44,239 bases of DNA, from the IMG/VR virus record IMGVR_UViG_3300024520_000013, positions 1 to 44,239 of that record; one strand, written 5' to 3'. A program made the position numbers and the translations under genes. The DNA comes from a virus. The notes below the pieces were generated by a model. That model ran no database searches and had not been told where the DNA came from. It saw only the letters and a list, made by a program, of their open reading frames with translations. Shown here piece after piece: positions 33,467-43,700 of the stretch. Numbering within the stretch: the stretch's first letter is position 1; each line of letters begins with the position of its first letter.

Positions 33467-34519
33467 ATGCCTACGAGAAAGAAGCTTCCCACTGGTGTCG
33501 TCCAACACGGCGACAAGTTCCGCTACCGCATCACGATCGACGGCAAACGCCGGAACTCGTCGTGCTTCGGTACTCCCGAGCAAGCTGCCCTGGCACGCTC
33601 GGAAGCCACCGGTCTGGCGAAGGCTCGACCGGCCAAACGGGCGACCCTGCAGGACGGGTTCGACCGGGTGATCGACCGTGGCGGCATCCGCCCCGGCACC
33701 CTCGAATTCTACCAGGACGTCTTCGCCAAGATCGTGAAGATCATCCCCGCCGACACCGGTCTGCTCGCCATCGCCGAGCCGAAGCTCCTGGCGTTCCTGA
33801 AGCGTCGCGAGAACGAGACCGGCATCCCGACGATCGTCAAGGAGCTGGTCATGCTCGGGCGGATCTTCAACGTCTGCGTCGAGGACGGGCTCGTCGAAAC
33901 CAACCCGGTCAGACCATTCCGAGCGAAGTACCGGAACCGGCTGAAGACCCGGAAGAAGGATCCCCGGTGGGTCAGCCTGGGGGAGTTCGAGGAGGTCTTC
34001 GCCAGGATGGCTGAATGGGCCCCTGTGAAGCGTCACGCGAACCGGTGCGGAGATCTCGCCGTGGACGTGCTCGTCCCGCAGATTCTCTTCTGCACCGGTC
34101 TGAGGCGCGCTGAACTGGGTAGGCTCAAGGTCAAGGACATCGACCTCGCCGATGGCGTGATCTACCCCGAAGGCAAGTGCAGCGACGCGACCGTCGCGAT
34201 CCCGAAGCGTCTGCGCCCCTACCTCGTCGCACACCTCAAGACGCTGAAGCCGAACGAGTTCATCGTCCCGCAGCGGAAGGGCGACAGGGACGGTGCCGCT
34301 GTGCGTCGCGTCTTCCAGCGCTGGCAGCAGCGACTCCAGATCGACTGGACGCCGCACGCGCTGCGCCACGGGCTTGGTAGCCTCCTGGCCGCGCAGGGTG
34401 CGAACACGAAGACGATCATGCGTGCGCTGCGCCATGAGACACCGGAAATGAGCCTGCACTACCAGTCCATGACGGACGAGTCCGTGCGGAACGCAGTAGA
34501 CGACGCTCTCGCCGGGTAG
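33467..34519 (+). CDS. int: Tyrosine integrase
   Basis: ATG at 33467 (MPTRKKLPTG). Catalytic landmarks TGLRRAEL, HALRHGLGS and LRHETPEMSLHY. The longer ORF-track start runs through the tRNA fragment. Confidence 0.95.
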   Translation: MPTRKKLPTGVVQHGDKFRYRITIDGKRRNSSCFGTPEQAALARSEATGLAKARPAKRATLQDGFDRVIDRGGIRPGTLEFYQDVFAKIVKIIPADTGLLAIAEPKLLAFLKRRENETGIPTIVKELVMLGRIFNVCVEDGLVETNPVRPFRAKYRNRLKTRKKDPRWVSLGEFEEVFARMAEWAPVKRHANRCGDLAVDVLVPQILFCTGLRRAELGRLKVKDIDLADGVIYPEGKCSDATVAIPKRLRPYLVAHLKTLKPNEFIVPQRKGDRDGAAVRRVFQRWQQRLQIDWTPHALRHGLGSLLAAQGANTKTIMRALRHETPEMSLHYQSMTDESVRNAVDDALAG

Positions 34520-34521
34520 TC

Positions 34522-34779
34522 TCACGCGCCCTTCCTCTTGGCGCGGCGACGCGCCTCGCCCTCGATCTCGCGCCAAGTGCGGTCGTTCTCTTCAGGGCTG
34601 ACCGCAATCGTGTTCTCCTCGATGAACCGGTGAACGAGATCCTTCCGGAAGAACCACTTCGCGCCGACTCTCAGTCGCGGGACGAACTTGCCCCGCTGGA
34701 CGAGATTCTTGAGCGCATCCCTCGACATCGGTAGCAAGTCGAGCACTTGGTCGAGAGAGTAGTGTTCCGGTGTGCCCAT
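34522..34779 (-). CDS. xis: Excisionase-family HTH DNA-binding protein
   Basis: YSLDQVLDLLPMSRDALKNLVQRGKFVPRLRVGAKWFFRKDLVHRFI. Convergent with int, 2 nt apart. Confidence 0.75.
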   Translation of the reverse strand: MGTPEHYSLDQVLDLLPMSRDALKNLVQRGKFVPRLRVGAKWFFRKDLVHRFIEENTIAVSPEENDRTWREIEGEARRRAKRKGA

Positions 34780-34857
34780 CGCCGGGTGATTCTAGCCAAG
34801 GGGGGACTGACCAGAATAGGGTCTTCGAAGGAAAAAGCGGACCCACCACCGGTGGTG

Positions 34858-35046
34858 CTATCGGGTGACCCAGAACACAATCACTCCGACCAGCAAGTGC
34901 GTCGCGAGGAGCACCAATGCGAGCAAGAATCCCGAGACGCGCGGGGGGTAGGGTTCCGCGCGCGGCCGGAGAGGTGCGGGAGTGTAGCCGGGTTCGGGAG
35001 TTAGGTCCGACCTCGTTTCTCTCTTGCCGTTACGCGCCGCCGCCAT
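34858..35046 (-). CDS. Possible small membrane protein
   Basis: 62 aa with a Pro-rich N-terminus and the C-terminal hydrophobic segment FLLALVLLATHLLVGVIVFW. Overlaps the upstream gene by 46 nt. Confidence 0.35.
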   Translation of the reverse strand: MAAARNGKRETRSDLTPEPGYTPAPLRPRAEPYPPRVSGFLLALVLLATHLLVGVIVFWVTR

Positions 35047-35612
35047 TTCTTCAGCTCCCCTTCGATAGCTTGATTGATGGTCGCCCAGGTGCGCGAAAAA
35101 TCGGGACAGATGTTGGCGAGGTGGTCCTGCACCATCTCCAGTTTGGTCTCAAACTCTTCCTCTCCGATTGGTTCCAGCGACGGACTCAACTTGCAACCCA
35201 CCGGGAGTTGCCATGACTCCGCGACTTGAACACGGTCGAGCAGATTTGCAAGACCCTTTTCGTTGCGCACATTGAGCAGGAACCCAATGAAGTGATGGTC
35301 GAGGAACAGGCCAGCAGGCAACAAACGCTTCGACCGGGAAGTCTTGCTGTTCGCCTCGCTCGGCAGGATATCGTAGATGCTGCACTTCGCCGCCTTGGCG
35401 ATCGAGGCGATGGCATAGCAATTCGGTGTCGAACGGTTCTGCTCCCACTTCTTGTAGCCAGAGAGCGAGATTGACTCGCTCCACAACTCCTCGTGGATTG
35501 CACAAACGCGCTCGAAGAACTCGTCCTGGTTGAGCTTCGGGATCAGCACGTTTCGCACTGCCCGGATCCGCCCTCCCAGGTCGTACGGGATAGTGATCGT
35601 GGTAGGCTTCAT
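35001..35612 (-). CDS. XRE-type HTH protein (repressor candidate)
   Basis: LGGRIRAVRNVL...ISLSGYKKWEQNRSTPNCYAIASIAKAAKCSIYDIL. I prefer the ATG at 35612 over the TTG at 35633. Confidence 0.6.
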   Translation of the reverse strand: MKPTTITIPYDLGGRIRAVRNVLIPKLNQDEFFERVCAIHEELWSESISLSGYKKWEQNRSTPNCYAIASIAKAAKCSIYDILPSEANSKTSRSKRLLPAGLFLDHHFIGFLLNVRNEKGLANLLDRVQVAESWQLPVGCKLSPSLEPIGEEEFETKLEMVQDHLANICPDFSRTWATINQAIEGELKKWRRRVTAREKRGRT

Positions 35613-35652
35613 GGAACCCAGAGAATGCCTCAAGATTCCAGAAAAGTCCCGC

Positions 35653-35662
35653 CCCGATCTAG
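35653..35662. promoter_or_regulatory. Variant of the recurrent motif (CCCGATCTAG)
   Basis: Lies between the SSB-like gene stop and the HTH gene start, flanked by AGTCCC and GACTCCC. Confidence 0.45.
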
Positions 35663-35669
35663 TGACTCC

Positions 35670-36122
35670 CTAGAACGGGATCGAGGTGTGGACCTTCTTG
35701 TCCGGTGGATCAACCTTGCCAGGACGTGCCGTGGTGACCTCTGGGCGACGCTCTCCCTGGAACTCTTTCCCCATCACCACCGTGATATTCGCCCCCCGGT
35801 CGATCAACTCCTCCGGGTTGAACTCCGACCCAGATGTCACACCGAGCGCGGTGAGGGTTTCGCGCCGCTTCTTGATAACCATCGGGTGAAGATCATCGGG
35901 GTGGTCGAACGAGAGGAACTGCCGCACTCGCGCACCGTCGTAATCGCCGCCGACGATCGCCCAGGTCAGCCACACCGCATCGTAGGGGTTGCCGCTCTTC
36001 TTGCTCGTCAACTCGCGCGTCTCCACCGAGTAGACGACTGCCGCGTAGTCACCGGGCACGCAGCCCGCGATGTCTTGGTCGAGTTCTTCGTTCGTTCGTT
36101 CGCTGTCGTGAAACTTCACCAT
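35670..36122 (-). CDS. SSB-like protein (single-strand DNA binding candidate)
   Basis: 150 aa ending in ...TSIPF, an SSB-style IPF tip. Lies immediately downstream of the Sak4-like ATPase with a 1-nt overlap. Confidence 0.5.
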   Translation of the reverse strand: MVKFHDSERTNEELDQDIAGCVPGDYAAVVYSVETRELTSKKSGNPYDAVWLTWAIVGGDYDGARVRQFLSFDHPDDLHPMVIKKRRETLTALGVTSGSEFNPEELIDRGANITVVMGKEFQGERRPEVTTARPGKVDPPDKKVHTSIPF

Positions 36123-37009
36123 CAGATTGTCACCGTTTGTTCTTGTCGCTGTTTGTTGAGTACTTCGAGAATGGATGTTGCTTGGTCTGGCGAGAGGTCT
36201 TCGAACTGCGAGACCCCACGCGTGCGCAAGCCTTCGCGCACGTCGTTGTGTTCGAGCTTCAGCACATCGACCAGCTCCTGGAACTCGGCCACCTGCTCGT
36301 CGGTCGCGCGCGGTTTCGGCGCGGATGCCTGGAACGACGATGGGAACGTGTCGAGGAAGACCTTGTGCAACGGCTCGCTGAGAACCGTTCCTTGCGGCAG
36401 CTCGGCGACACGACTCTTTGCCACCGTGGAGCGGAACGTGCTGCCGCGTGACGACATGTTGATCACGAGATCGAACTCGTGTTCGAATCCTTTCTGCCCC
36501 TCTGGGATCACACCGACTCGTCGTCGCTGATCACCCGCGCCCTCCCACTCTTCCTTCGCGCGCGCCGTGCAGATCACCGGGATCTCAAGTCGTCGAAGGT
36601 CGGCAGTGAATCTGCGGTGCAGTCGCTTGACTGTGCCCCACGCATCTTGATCGAGCGCTGACTCGAACTGCTGCTTTCCCTTCTTGGCGTGCTTGAACTC
36701 TTCGATCTGGTCCTGCAGGTTGTTGTACCAGGGAGTCGTCGAGTCACAGAAGAGGAGGCGGCACGGGTCGCCACTAGGGCAAGTCGGATCAGAGAGGAGA
36801 TCCTTCACAACCGCATGCGCCTCCATAATCGATGGGCAGTGGTCCAGCTTGCCACCGGGATACTGGAACTTGAAACGCTCGTGGTAAAGACGGCAGGAGC
36901 GCTCCGAGTCGAGCACGATGCCGTGTCCGCCGAGCTGGTGGATGAGGTTGACACCGACCCAGGACTTCCCGGTACCGCTGCCACCGATGAGGAGTGCGTT
37001 GAAGCTCAC
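36122..37009 (-). CDS. Sak4-like/RecA-family AAA ATPase (recombination)
   Basis: Walker A ALLIGGSGTGKS and Walker B RLLFCDSTT. 295 aa, with a typical pairing to an SSB-like gene. Confidence 0.7.
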   Translation of the reverse strand: MSFNALLIGGSGTGKSWVGVNLIHQLGGHGIVLDSERSCRLYHERFKFQYPGGKLDHCPSIMEAHAVVKDLLSDPTCPSGDPCRLLFCDSTTPWYNNLQDQIEEFKHAKKGKQQFESALDQDAWGTVKRLHRRFTADLRRLEIPVICTARAKEEWEGAGDQRRRVGVIPEGQKGFEHEFDLVINMSSRGSTFRSTVAKSRVAELPQGTVLSEPLHKVFLDTFPSSFQASAPKPRATDEQVAEFQELVDVLKLEHNDVREGLRTRGVSQFEDLSPDQATSILEVLNKQRQEQTVTI

Positions 37010-37082
37010 GAGACCCCCATCAGGATTGTGCCATCAACTCCAACTTGACCGCTTGTCGTCTGCAGTTTCGTTTCGCTTTCAC

Positions 37083-37520
37083 TCATGAGGGTTGCTCTTT
37101 GTGCGTTCGAGCTTCTTGAATTCGGGTTGCGAAAGAATGCCACTCACCGCCGCCATCAGGATTGACGTCGAGAGTCGCGAGGGTCATCAACTCTTCGGTG
37201 ATCGGGCGCACCGACTGATCGGGCATCTCCAGGTTCTTCACGAGTAAGCGCGCCAACTCCCACGAGAACTTCTGGATGTGGCGTCCGTCAGCCGCCTTCA
37301 CGCCCGTTCTGAGCTTGTAGAACGGAGCTTCGGTGAAACCGCACGCCTTCGCGATGCGGCGCGGAGAGACGCGATGGTGAACGTGTGCCATCCACCGGAC
37401 GAACTGTTCGAGTTGACTGGTGTCGGAGACGGGCTTGCCGTCCACGATCCTGCCGGGGATCCAGTTGGGGACAGGTTCCTCGAAGAGCCGCAGATTCAGC
37501 CGAACGGTCGTCTCGCCCAT
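37083..37520 (-). CDS. Hypothetical protein with a possible HTH
   Basis: 145 aa. SPRRIAKACGFTEAPFYKLRTG is HTH-like. First gene after the late operon ends. Confidence 0.45.
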   Translation of the reverse strand: MGETTVRLNLRLFEEPVPNWIPGRIVDGKPVSDTSQLEQFVRWMAHVHHRVSPRRIAKACGFTEAPFYKLRTGVKAADGRHIQKFSWELARLLVKNLEMPDQSVRPITEELMTLATLDVNPDGGGEWHSFATRIQEARTHKEQPS

Positions 37521-37556
37521 GCCGGGGATTGTAGCGACGAACGCAGCCAGGACTCA

Positions 37557-37566
37557 CCCGATCTGG
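37557..37566. promoter_or_regulatory. Recurrent intergenic motif CCCGATCTGG
   Basis: About 40 nt upstream of the minus-strand start at 37520. On the minus strand, TACAAT lies 9 nt before the ATG. Confidence 0.5.
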
Positions 37567-37745
37567 TTCTTCCTTTGCTGGGGTTGTTCACACCGGTGGA
37601 ATCGTGTTCAATCCTGTGGATGAGGATCCTTGGCAAAATCATCGGTGCCACTTGCGACATCGTTGGCCCCATCGGCAGCTTCGTCGTGCTCGCGATCGTC
37701 GGATGCGGTACTGCCTACCTCTTCATGTCGTCGTAAGGGTAGAGC

Positions 37746-40700
37746 CTACTTCACCTTCTCGGCCTTGCGGTGCTTGGCGGACTTGACGTCGCGACTCTTC
37801 TGAATTTGATCCTCGATCCCCTGCAATTCCTTGCTGATCTGCAGGAACTTCCAGCCAGCGGTGAACTGGTTGTGCTCTTCCAGCATCGAGTCTGCGAGCT
37901 TCGTGACTGCCGCCAGAGAGAACGTCTTCTCGTTACTCGTCCACCCCTCGTACCGCTTCGTCAGAGTTTGTTTCATGTCGCGCCGCGTGACACCGAGTCG
38001 GTTGAGTGCTCGCGCCGCCTTCTTCAACGGATGCTGATTCGCATCACCTGCCTTCCACTCCTTGAGCTTCGCCTTCAGATCTTCGGCACTGTCCGCACTG
38101 GTCAGCGCGTTCCACATCTGATCGTAGTAGCGCTCTCGCGCCGCCGACATCGCTTGCGTCCAGGCCTTGTGCGGATTCGTGTTGGTGTAGATCGCTTCGC
38201 GAGCACGACGCTTGAGCCTGTCTGAGTCGGGCTTCTCCGATGGCTTGAGGAATCCAGGGATGACCCCTGACAACCACGTTCGGATGTTGTGCTGCAGACC
38301 AGGTACGTTGTAGTGACCCGATGCCGCCTTGTGCAGCGAGTCCTCGAAGTGCTCGCGCACGTAGTGCGGACGCTTGGCCCTGCTCAACGGCAGCGTGCCC
38401 CACCACGAGTTGCCGCCGGTCCAGAGCGGCAAGAACGTCTTGCCCGCCGCAGCGACCCGCTCGGGAATTCCACTTTCGCCACGACCCTCGGCCTTCACCC
38501 ACTCGGGCTTGATGCCGATCTGAGAGTGAATCAGGCCACTCTGCTCCGCGATCATCCGCACCATTGGCGCCGCCTTGCTGAACCACGTCTGGTGCCACCT
38601 GTCGATCCAGTGCCCGACCTCGTGGTACTGCTTGCCGAGCATCACGTACAACTCTTGTCCGGTCTCCTCATCGTACCCGATGAAGATGTGCCCCTCCTTG
38701 CCCTCCGTGTTGTTCCACCACGCATAGCTCGGCATGAACAGCCCGCTCTCCTGCGCGCTCTTCGCTGCCGCCATGCCTTCCTTCGACTCGGGTCCGTGGG
38801 TCTTCAGCCACTTCTTCTTGTCGTCGTCGGACAGCGACTCGATGAGCGCATACTGCAGAGCGGTGTTGACCGCGATCTGCATGAAGGCGACGCGAGCGAA
38901 GTAGGCACGGGCGTTGTGACTCGTCTCAACCAGCTCGCCCTTCAAGTGCTCGGGCATCTCTTCGCCACGCAACTTGTAGCCAATCTCCTTCACCTTCCGG
39001 CCACCGGCGGCGAGCGGTTCGCCTGCCACACCCCACATGGCGCGACCAGCGATCTTCAAGTTCGAGATCGTCCAGTCCGGTGAGAGCATACCCCACTGCA
39101 GGAACCGCAACCGACTCTCGCTCATGCGCCACGCAGTCTCCCAAGCTTGACCACCAAACGCATCGTTGACGAACGACGCCGCCTTGCGCTTGAGTCGTGC
39201 GCGACCATCAGCGGTGCGAGCACGCTCGGGATACCGGATCTCCAACTCGGTCGAGATTCGGTTGTAGGCGTCGAGCTTCGCGTAGGTGTGAATGTGGTCC
39301 CACAGGATTTTGTCGGTGCCGTGCTTGATGGTCTTCGCGATATCGGTGAACTGCTTGAGACCGACCCCCTTGATGCTGCCGATCTTGCCGAGTGCCGTGA
39401 GCAGATCGAACACCGCATTGTGATCGATGTCAGACGTGACACCAATCTTCAGGTTGTGCATCACCGCATCCTCGGCGATCTTCGTCTTCAGCATCAACCG
39501 ACGACCTTCGAGGAAGTTCGCAACCGGGTTCAGCTTGCCACCGGAGAAGAACGCTGACTCGAAGCCGACCGCGACGGCGTGGAAACCGGAGAGCGACAGT
39601 TCCATCGACTTCTGCACACCACCGAGTGCTTTCGCGAACCTGAAGATGTTGTCCTTCGTCGGGTTCGACATCACCTTTCCGAGCGGACCCTTGCCTTCCG
39701 CTGGTCGAATGCCCGTGCCCTCGATCAGATCGCGATGGACGATGTACTTCTCGATCTTCGGCGAACCCTTGTGCGTGTAGGTGAACGCATTGCCTCCCTC
39801 GAACTCGACGTACTGACCCGACTGCATGGCAAGCTTGCCCATCTTGCTGTCGGTGGTCATCATCGCGCGGAACGACTTGACCGGCTTGATCTTCGCGAGA
39901 TCTTGGCGGTACTTCTCCAGCCTCGCACGCGCATCCGTGTACCGAGGATTCGGTTCGCTCCCCTTTACAACGTCAACTGCCTGGACCTTTGGAAGCTCAC
40001 GCTTCAACCAGTGGTTGACTGCATCAATCGCCTCGCTTTTGGATTTACCAGCATCGACAAATCGCTCCGTGCCTTGCACTCCCGGCTCGATGAGAAGATC
40101 GCTCGTCTTGCGATCCAGCACCCACTTATCACCGGACTGCTGAATTCGAAACCGTTTGCCACCGACTTCAGCATTCCAGCCGTTGCCGGTCTCAACGAAA
40201 TCCGACTCTGCAAGCTCACGTCCTCGGGGAGACTCCAACCACTCCTTCCCGACAATCTGTCGTGTCTCCGGAGTCTCGCCAAGTTCGCGCTCTAGATCGG
40301 CGATCTCCCGTTTCAACCATGCGCGCCGTCCACCTGGAGGTTGCTTCTTCTTGTTCTTACCCGGTGATGCTGGCTCGGGTGTGTACGGATCGAATCCTTC
40401 CGGCAGCTTGAACTCCACACGCATCAGGTCGCCGACCAGACGACGGTTCGCCTGGATGGTCCCGTGCTGCGTTTCGTACAGTTCCAAGATCCGGTGAAGC
40501 TGCTGCTCACGCGGAATCAGATCGTGTTCGCGGATGCCTTCCGCCAAGGAAGCGATCTTGCGCTCCTTCGTGAACTTGTCCTTCTGTGCAAACCGTGCGG
40601 TTGACCATGACCTCGCACGCTTCGTCGAGCCCGGTGATCCTGCGAGATCCCAGATGTGCGTGACGTACTCGTCGATAAAGCGTTCGGCGGTGAGTTGCCC

Positions 40701-43700
40701 CGACTCGACCTTCTCCTTGAACATCTTGTTGAACACCGGACGAATCTCTTCGAGCAACTCGTGCGACCACGCGCCCGCTTTCTTGTGCAGACGCTTCATC
40801 ACGTCCGGTAGCTGGTCGATCAGGTCAGACCCCGCGTGCTCTTCGATCAGCTTGTCGATCTCCTCGATCTTCTTCTTCGCAGCTACCTTGCTAGCCTCGT
40901 CAAGGCCTTCCATCTCCTTGACCAGCTCGAATCGCTGCTGCTGCATGTTCTTCTTGACGCGCAACCACTCCTTGCGGCTCTTGTCGTGACGCGGGTTGCC
41001 CGTGCCTTCAAGTGCGAATGCCAGCTCTTCGAGTGAAGCCTTGTCCACCAGCTTCGTCACCGGATCACGGAAGCGCTCCTTCAACTTGTTCGAACGGATC
41101 TTCGCCTTCATGCGAACCAGTTCGACCTCGCCAGCCCACTGCGCCACGCGATCACGACCCACCTGCTCCTCGACGGATGTTGTCTCACCGGTGAAGGCTC
41201 GCATGAGTGCGCTTTGCCGTCCACCGGATCGCTCAACGTGCTTCTCTGCTGACGCGAATGTTGCTCCCTGATCACCCGCCTTCGGATCGTGAAGGACTTC
41301 CGTTTCACCACGAGCTGCTTGCTCGGTGCGCAGTGTGTCCATCTCGCGGAACACTTCGCCGACACGCTCGATCTCCTTGTCCGTGAGTCGCTCCCCCTCG
41401 GGAAGATCACGGTTGCGCACACGCATCCAGTACTTCCACTCCGGTGTGGACCCTCCCGGATCGCGTTTCGGCTTGTCGGTGAGCGGAGGTTTCTGCGACT
41501 CCGTCATCTTCGTTTCGCCTTCGAGCGGAGCAGCGTACTCCTTGCCCAAGACACTGAGGCGCGGCTCGGTCATCAACACCTGCAGCGCAGCCTCTTCCTT
41601 CGGGTTCAGCTCCTCCTTAAGTTCGCGTGCTCTAACACGAGCGTGTTCCTGACGGGACTCCTCCTGTTTGATCTCTAGTTCCGCACGGCCACGCACCTCC
41701 GCGATCTGCATGGCTTCCGCCAGGATCGGGACCGACTGAACCTGTCCCGACAAAGCCTTGCCCATCGCGCGGATCCAGTCGCCGCGAGCTTCTGCTGTCT
41801 TGAGGTTACCCACGAACTCCAACAGCATCGGGTTCGGCTGCGAGAATCCCGGAGCCCTGGGATCTTGCGGCGAAGGTTCCTGATCACCACGGATCGCGTC
41901 ATAGAACTCCTTGACGAAGGGGTCGTCGTAACGGTGGCGACCGAGCACGTTGAGCGCGGAGCGCAACACGTTCGCGTCACCCTTGTTCAGCGATTCGTTC
42001 CCGAGCTGGTGCTGCTTCAGCCAGTCACCCCAGATGCGAGCGAACGGTTGCACCGAATCCTCGATGTGGTGCATCTCCATCTCGGCGGGAACTTCGTGCC
42101 ACTCCTTCCACTTGGCGTTCTTCTCCAGCCCCTTCCGCATCGCTCGACCGCGAGAGATCGAGTAGTAGCCATGCATCGGATGGAACCATGTCCCATCTGC
42201 CGCTTCCGTCCATCCAAGCCTGCCGAACTCGGCGGGGTCGATGTCCAACACGCGGTTCTGCAATGCATCTACAAGCGACTCGGCGTTGATGCGCTCGACG
42301 AGTCGCTGCGCTTCCTCACCGGAGTAGGCGCGCTTCTCGATGTCGTACTGCTTCGACATGCGCGACGACGGTCGCAGGATGTATCCCTCGTCCGTTGCCT
42401 CCAGACTGAACCGACCACGACCAGGATGGCGGAACGTGGACGTGTTGCCCTTCGTCGAGACCTTCCAGTTGTTCAGCGACAGATCGATGATCGGCTGCGC
42501 CTGATCGCGATGCGGAAGCTCCAACGCTTCGAGAGCCTTGCCGACCTCGGTGTGCGGTTCGCGCAGCATGCGCGCCTGACTCGGGAGCAATCCCTTCGCT
42601 GCGGCCATGCCGACAGCAGTGCCGAACAGTTGCTGCCAACCCTCCTTGATCTTCTCGAAGTCGGGCTTGTCCTTGTTGTACTCCTGCAGCATCGGCCACC
42701 ACGTATGCCAGTCGAGTGCGGCAAACCCGGTGCCCTCGGTCAACCCCGCCAGCATGCGCGCAGACACCTGCGGGAAGTCCATCTTCAGCAGACCCTGCAT
42801 CTGCTTCTCCCCGATCTTGCCCAGCGCGAAGTAGAACGGTGCGAGTGCGGTCGAAATACCGGCATCAAGGATTCGCTCCTCGATGCCACCTGGACCTTCG
42901 GGAGCTGCGAGTCCTGAGTAGATGCCAAATGCGAGAGCCTTGTTCGGCTGCAAGAGTCTACGCATCGTCTGCCGGATCTTCGGCTCGTGCCGAATCATGT
43001 CCATCGTCGCACGCAGCGCAACGTCACGCGAGTTGATCGCGGCGAGTTGCGCGGGACCGAGCCCCATCGCACGTCCGATAGCCTGCGTCCGAGAGCGAAT
43101 GTACTTCTGACCGAGCATACCGACGCTCTTCTCGATCTTCGCAATCGCCCCGGCAGGGCCACCGGTGATGAACCCGACCATGTGTCCGGTACCACGCGCA
43201 CCTGCACGGGTCCACTGCCAGTGAGTGCCTGCCTTCTCCTCGACCTTGACCCGCCACTCGTCGAACCGCTTGCGACGTTCGAGAGCTTCAGCGATCTCTT
43301 CTTCGAGCGTGCCGTCCTGGCCCGCCTTCGACAACCACGTCAGGAAGCCATCAATCCGGTGCGCTGGTCGCTCGACCATTTGAACACGGTCGAGTTGCGG
43401 CACCAGATCTTCGATCTCAGCATCACCGAACAGCAATCGGTAGCCACCTCCGACAAGCGAGTCCGAAGTGCGCCACCACTTCATGTCCTTCGCGCCCCGA
43501 TCCAGGCCATCCGCAACCCAGTTGTGAATGTTCGCGATCAGGGAAATGATGCTCCCCTCTCCGTATCCTTCGACACCTTCGACGCCAACCGTCATGGCAT
43601 CGCTGACCCAACCCGTCATGAGCTGCTTCACGCTCGGATCTTTCGACCCGTAGTACAACTCGTTGCGCTCGTCGTGCCAGTTGTTCACCCAGTTGTAGAT

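Noticed and set aside
33068-34576. 502-aa minus-strand ORF covering the integrase locus
   Set aside because: It is antisense to a textbook tyrosine integrase and its composition is R/G/A/P-rich. This is typical shadow-ORF behaviour in GC-rich DNA. Other long ORFs fail for the same reason: 8167..9222(+), 3064..4098(+), 35493..36530(+), 41865..42917(+), 26111..26884(+), 27677..28597(+), 16369..17220(+) and 6539..7402(+).
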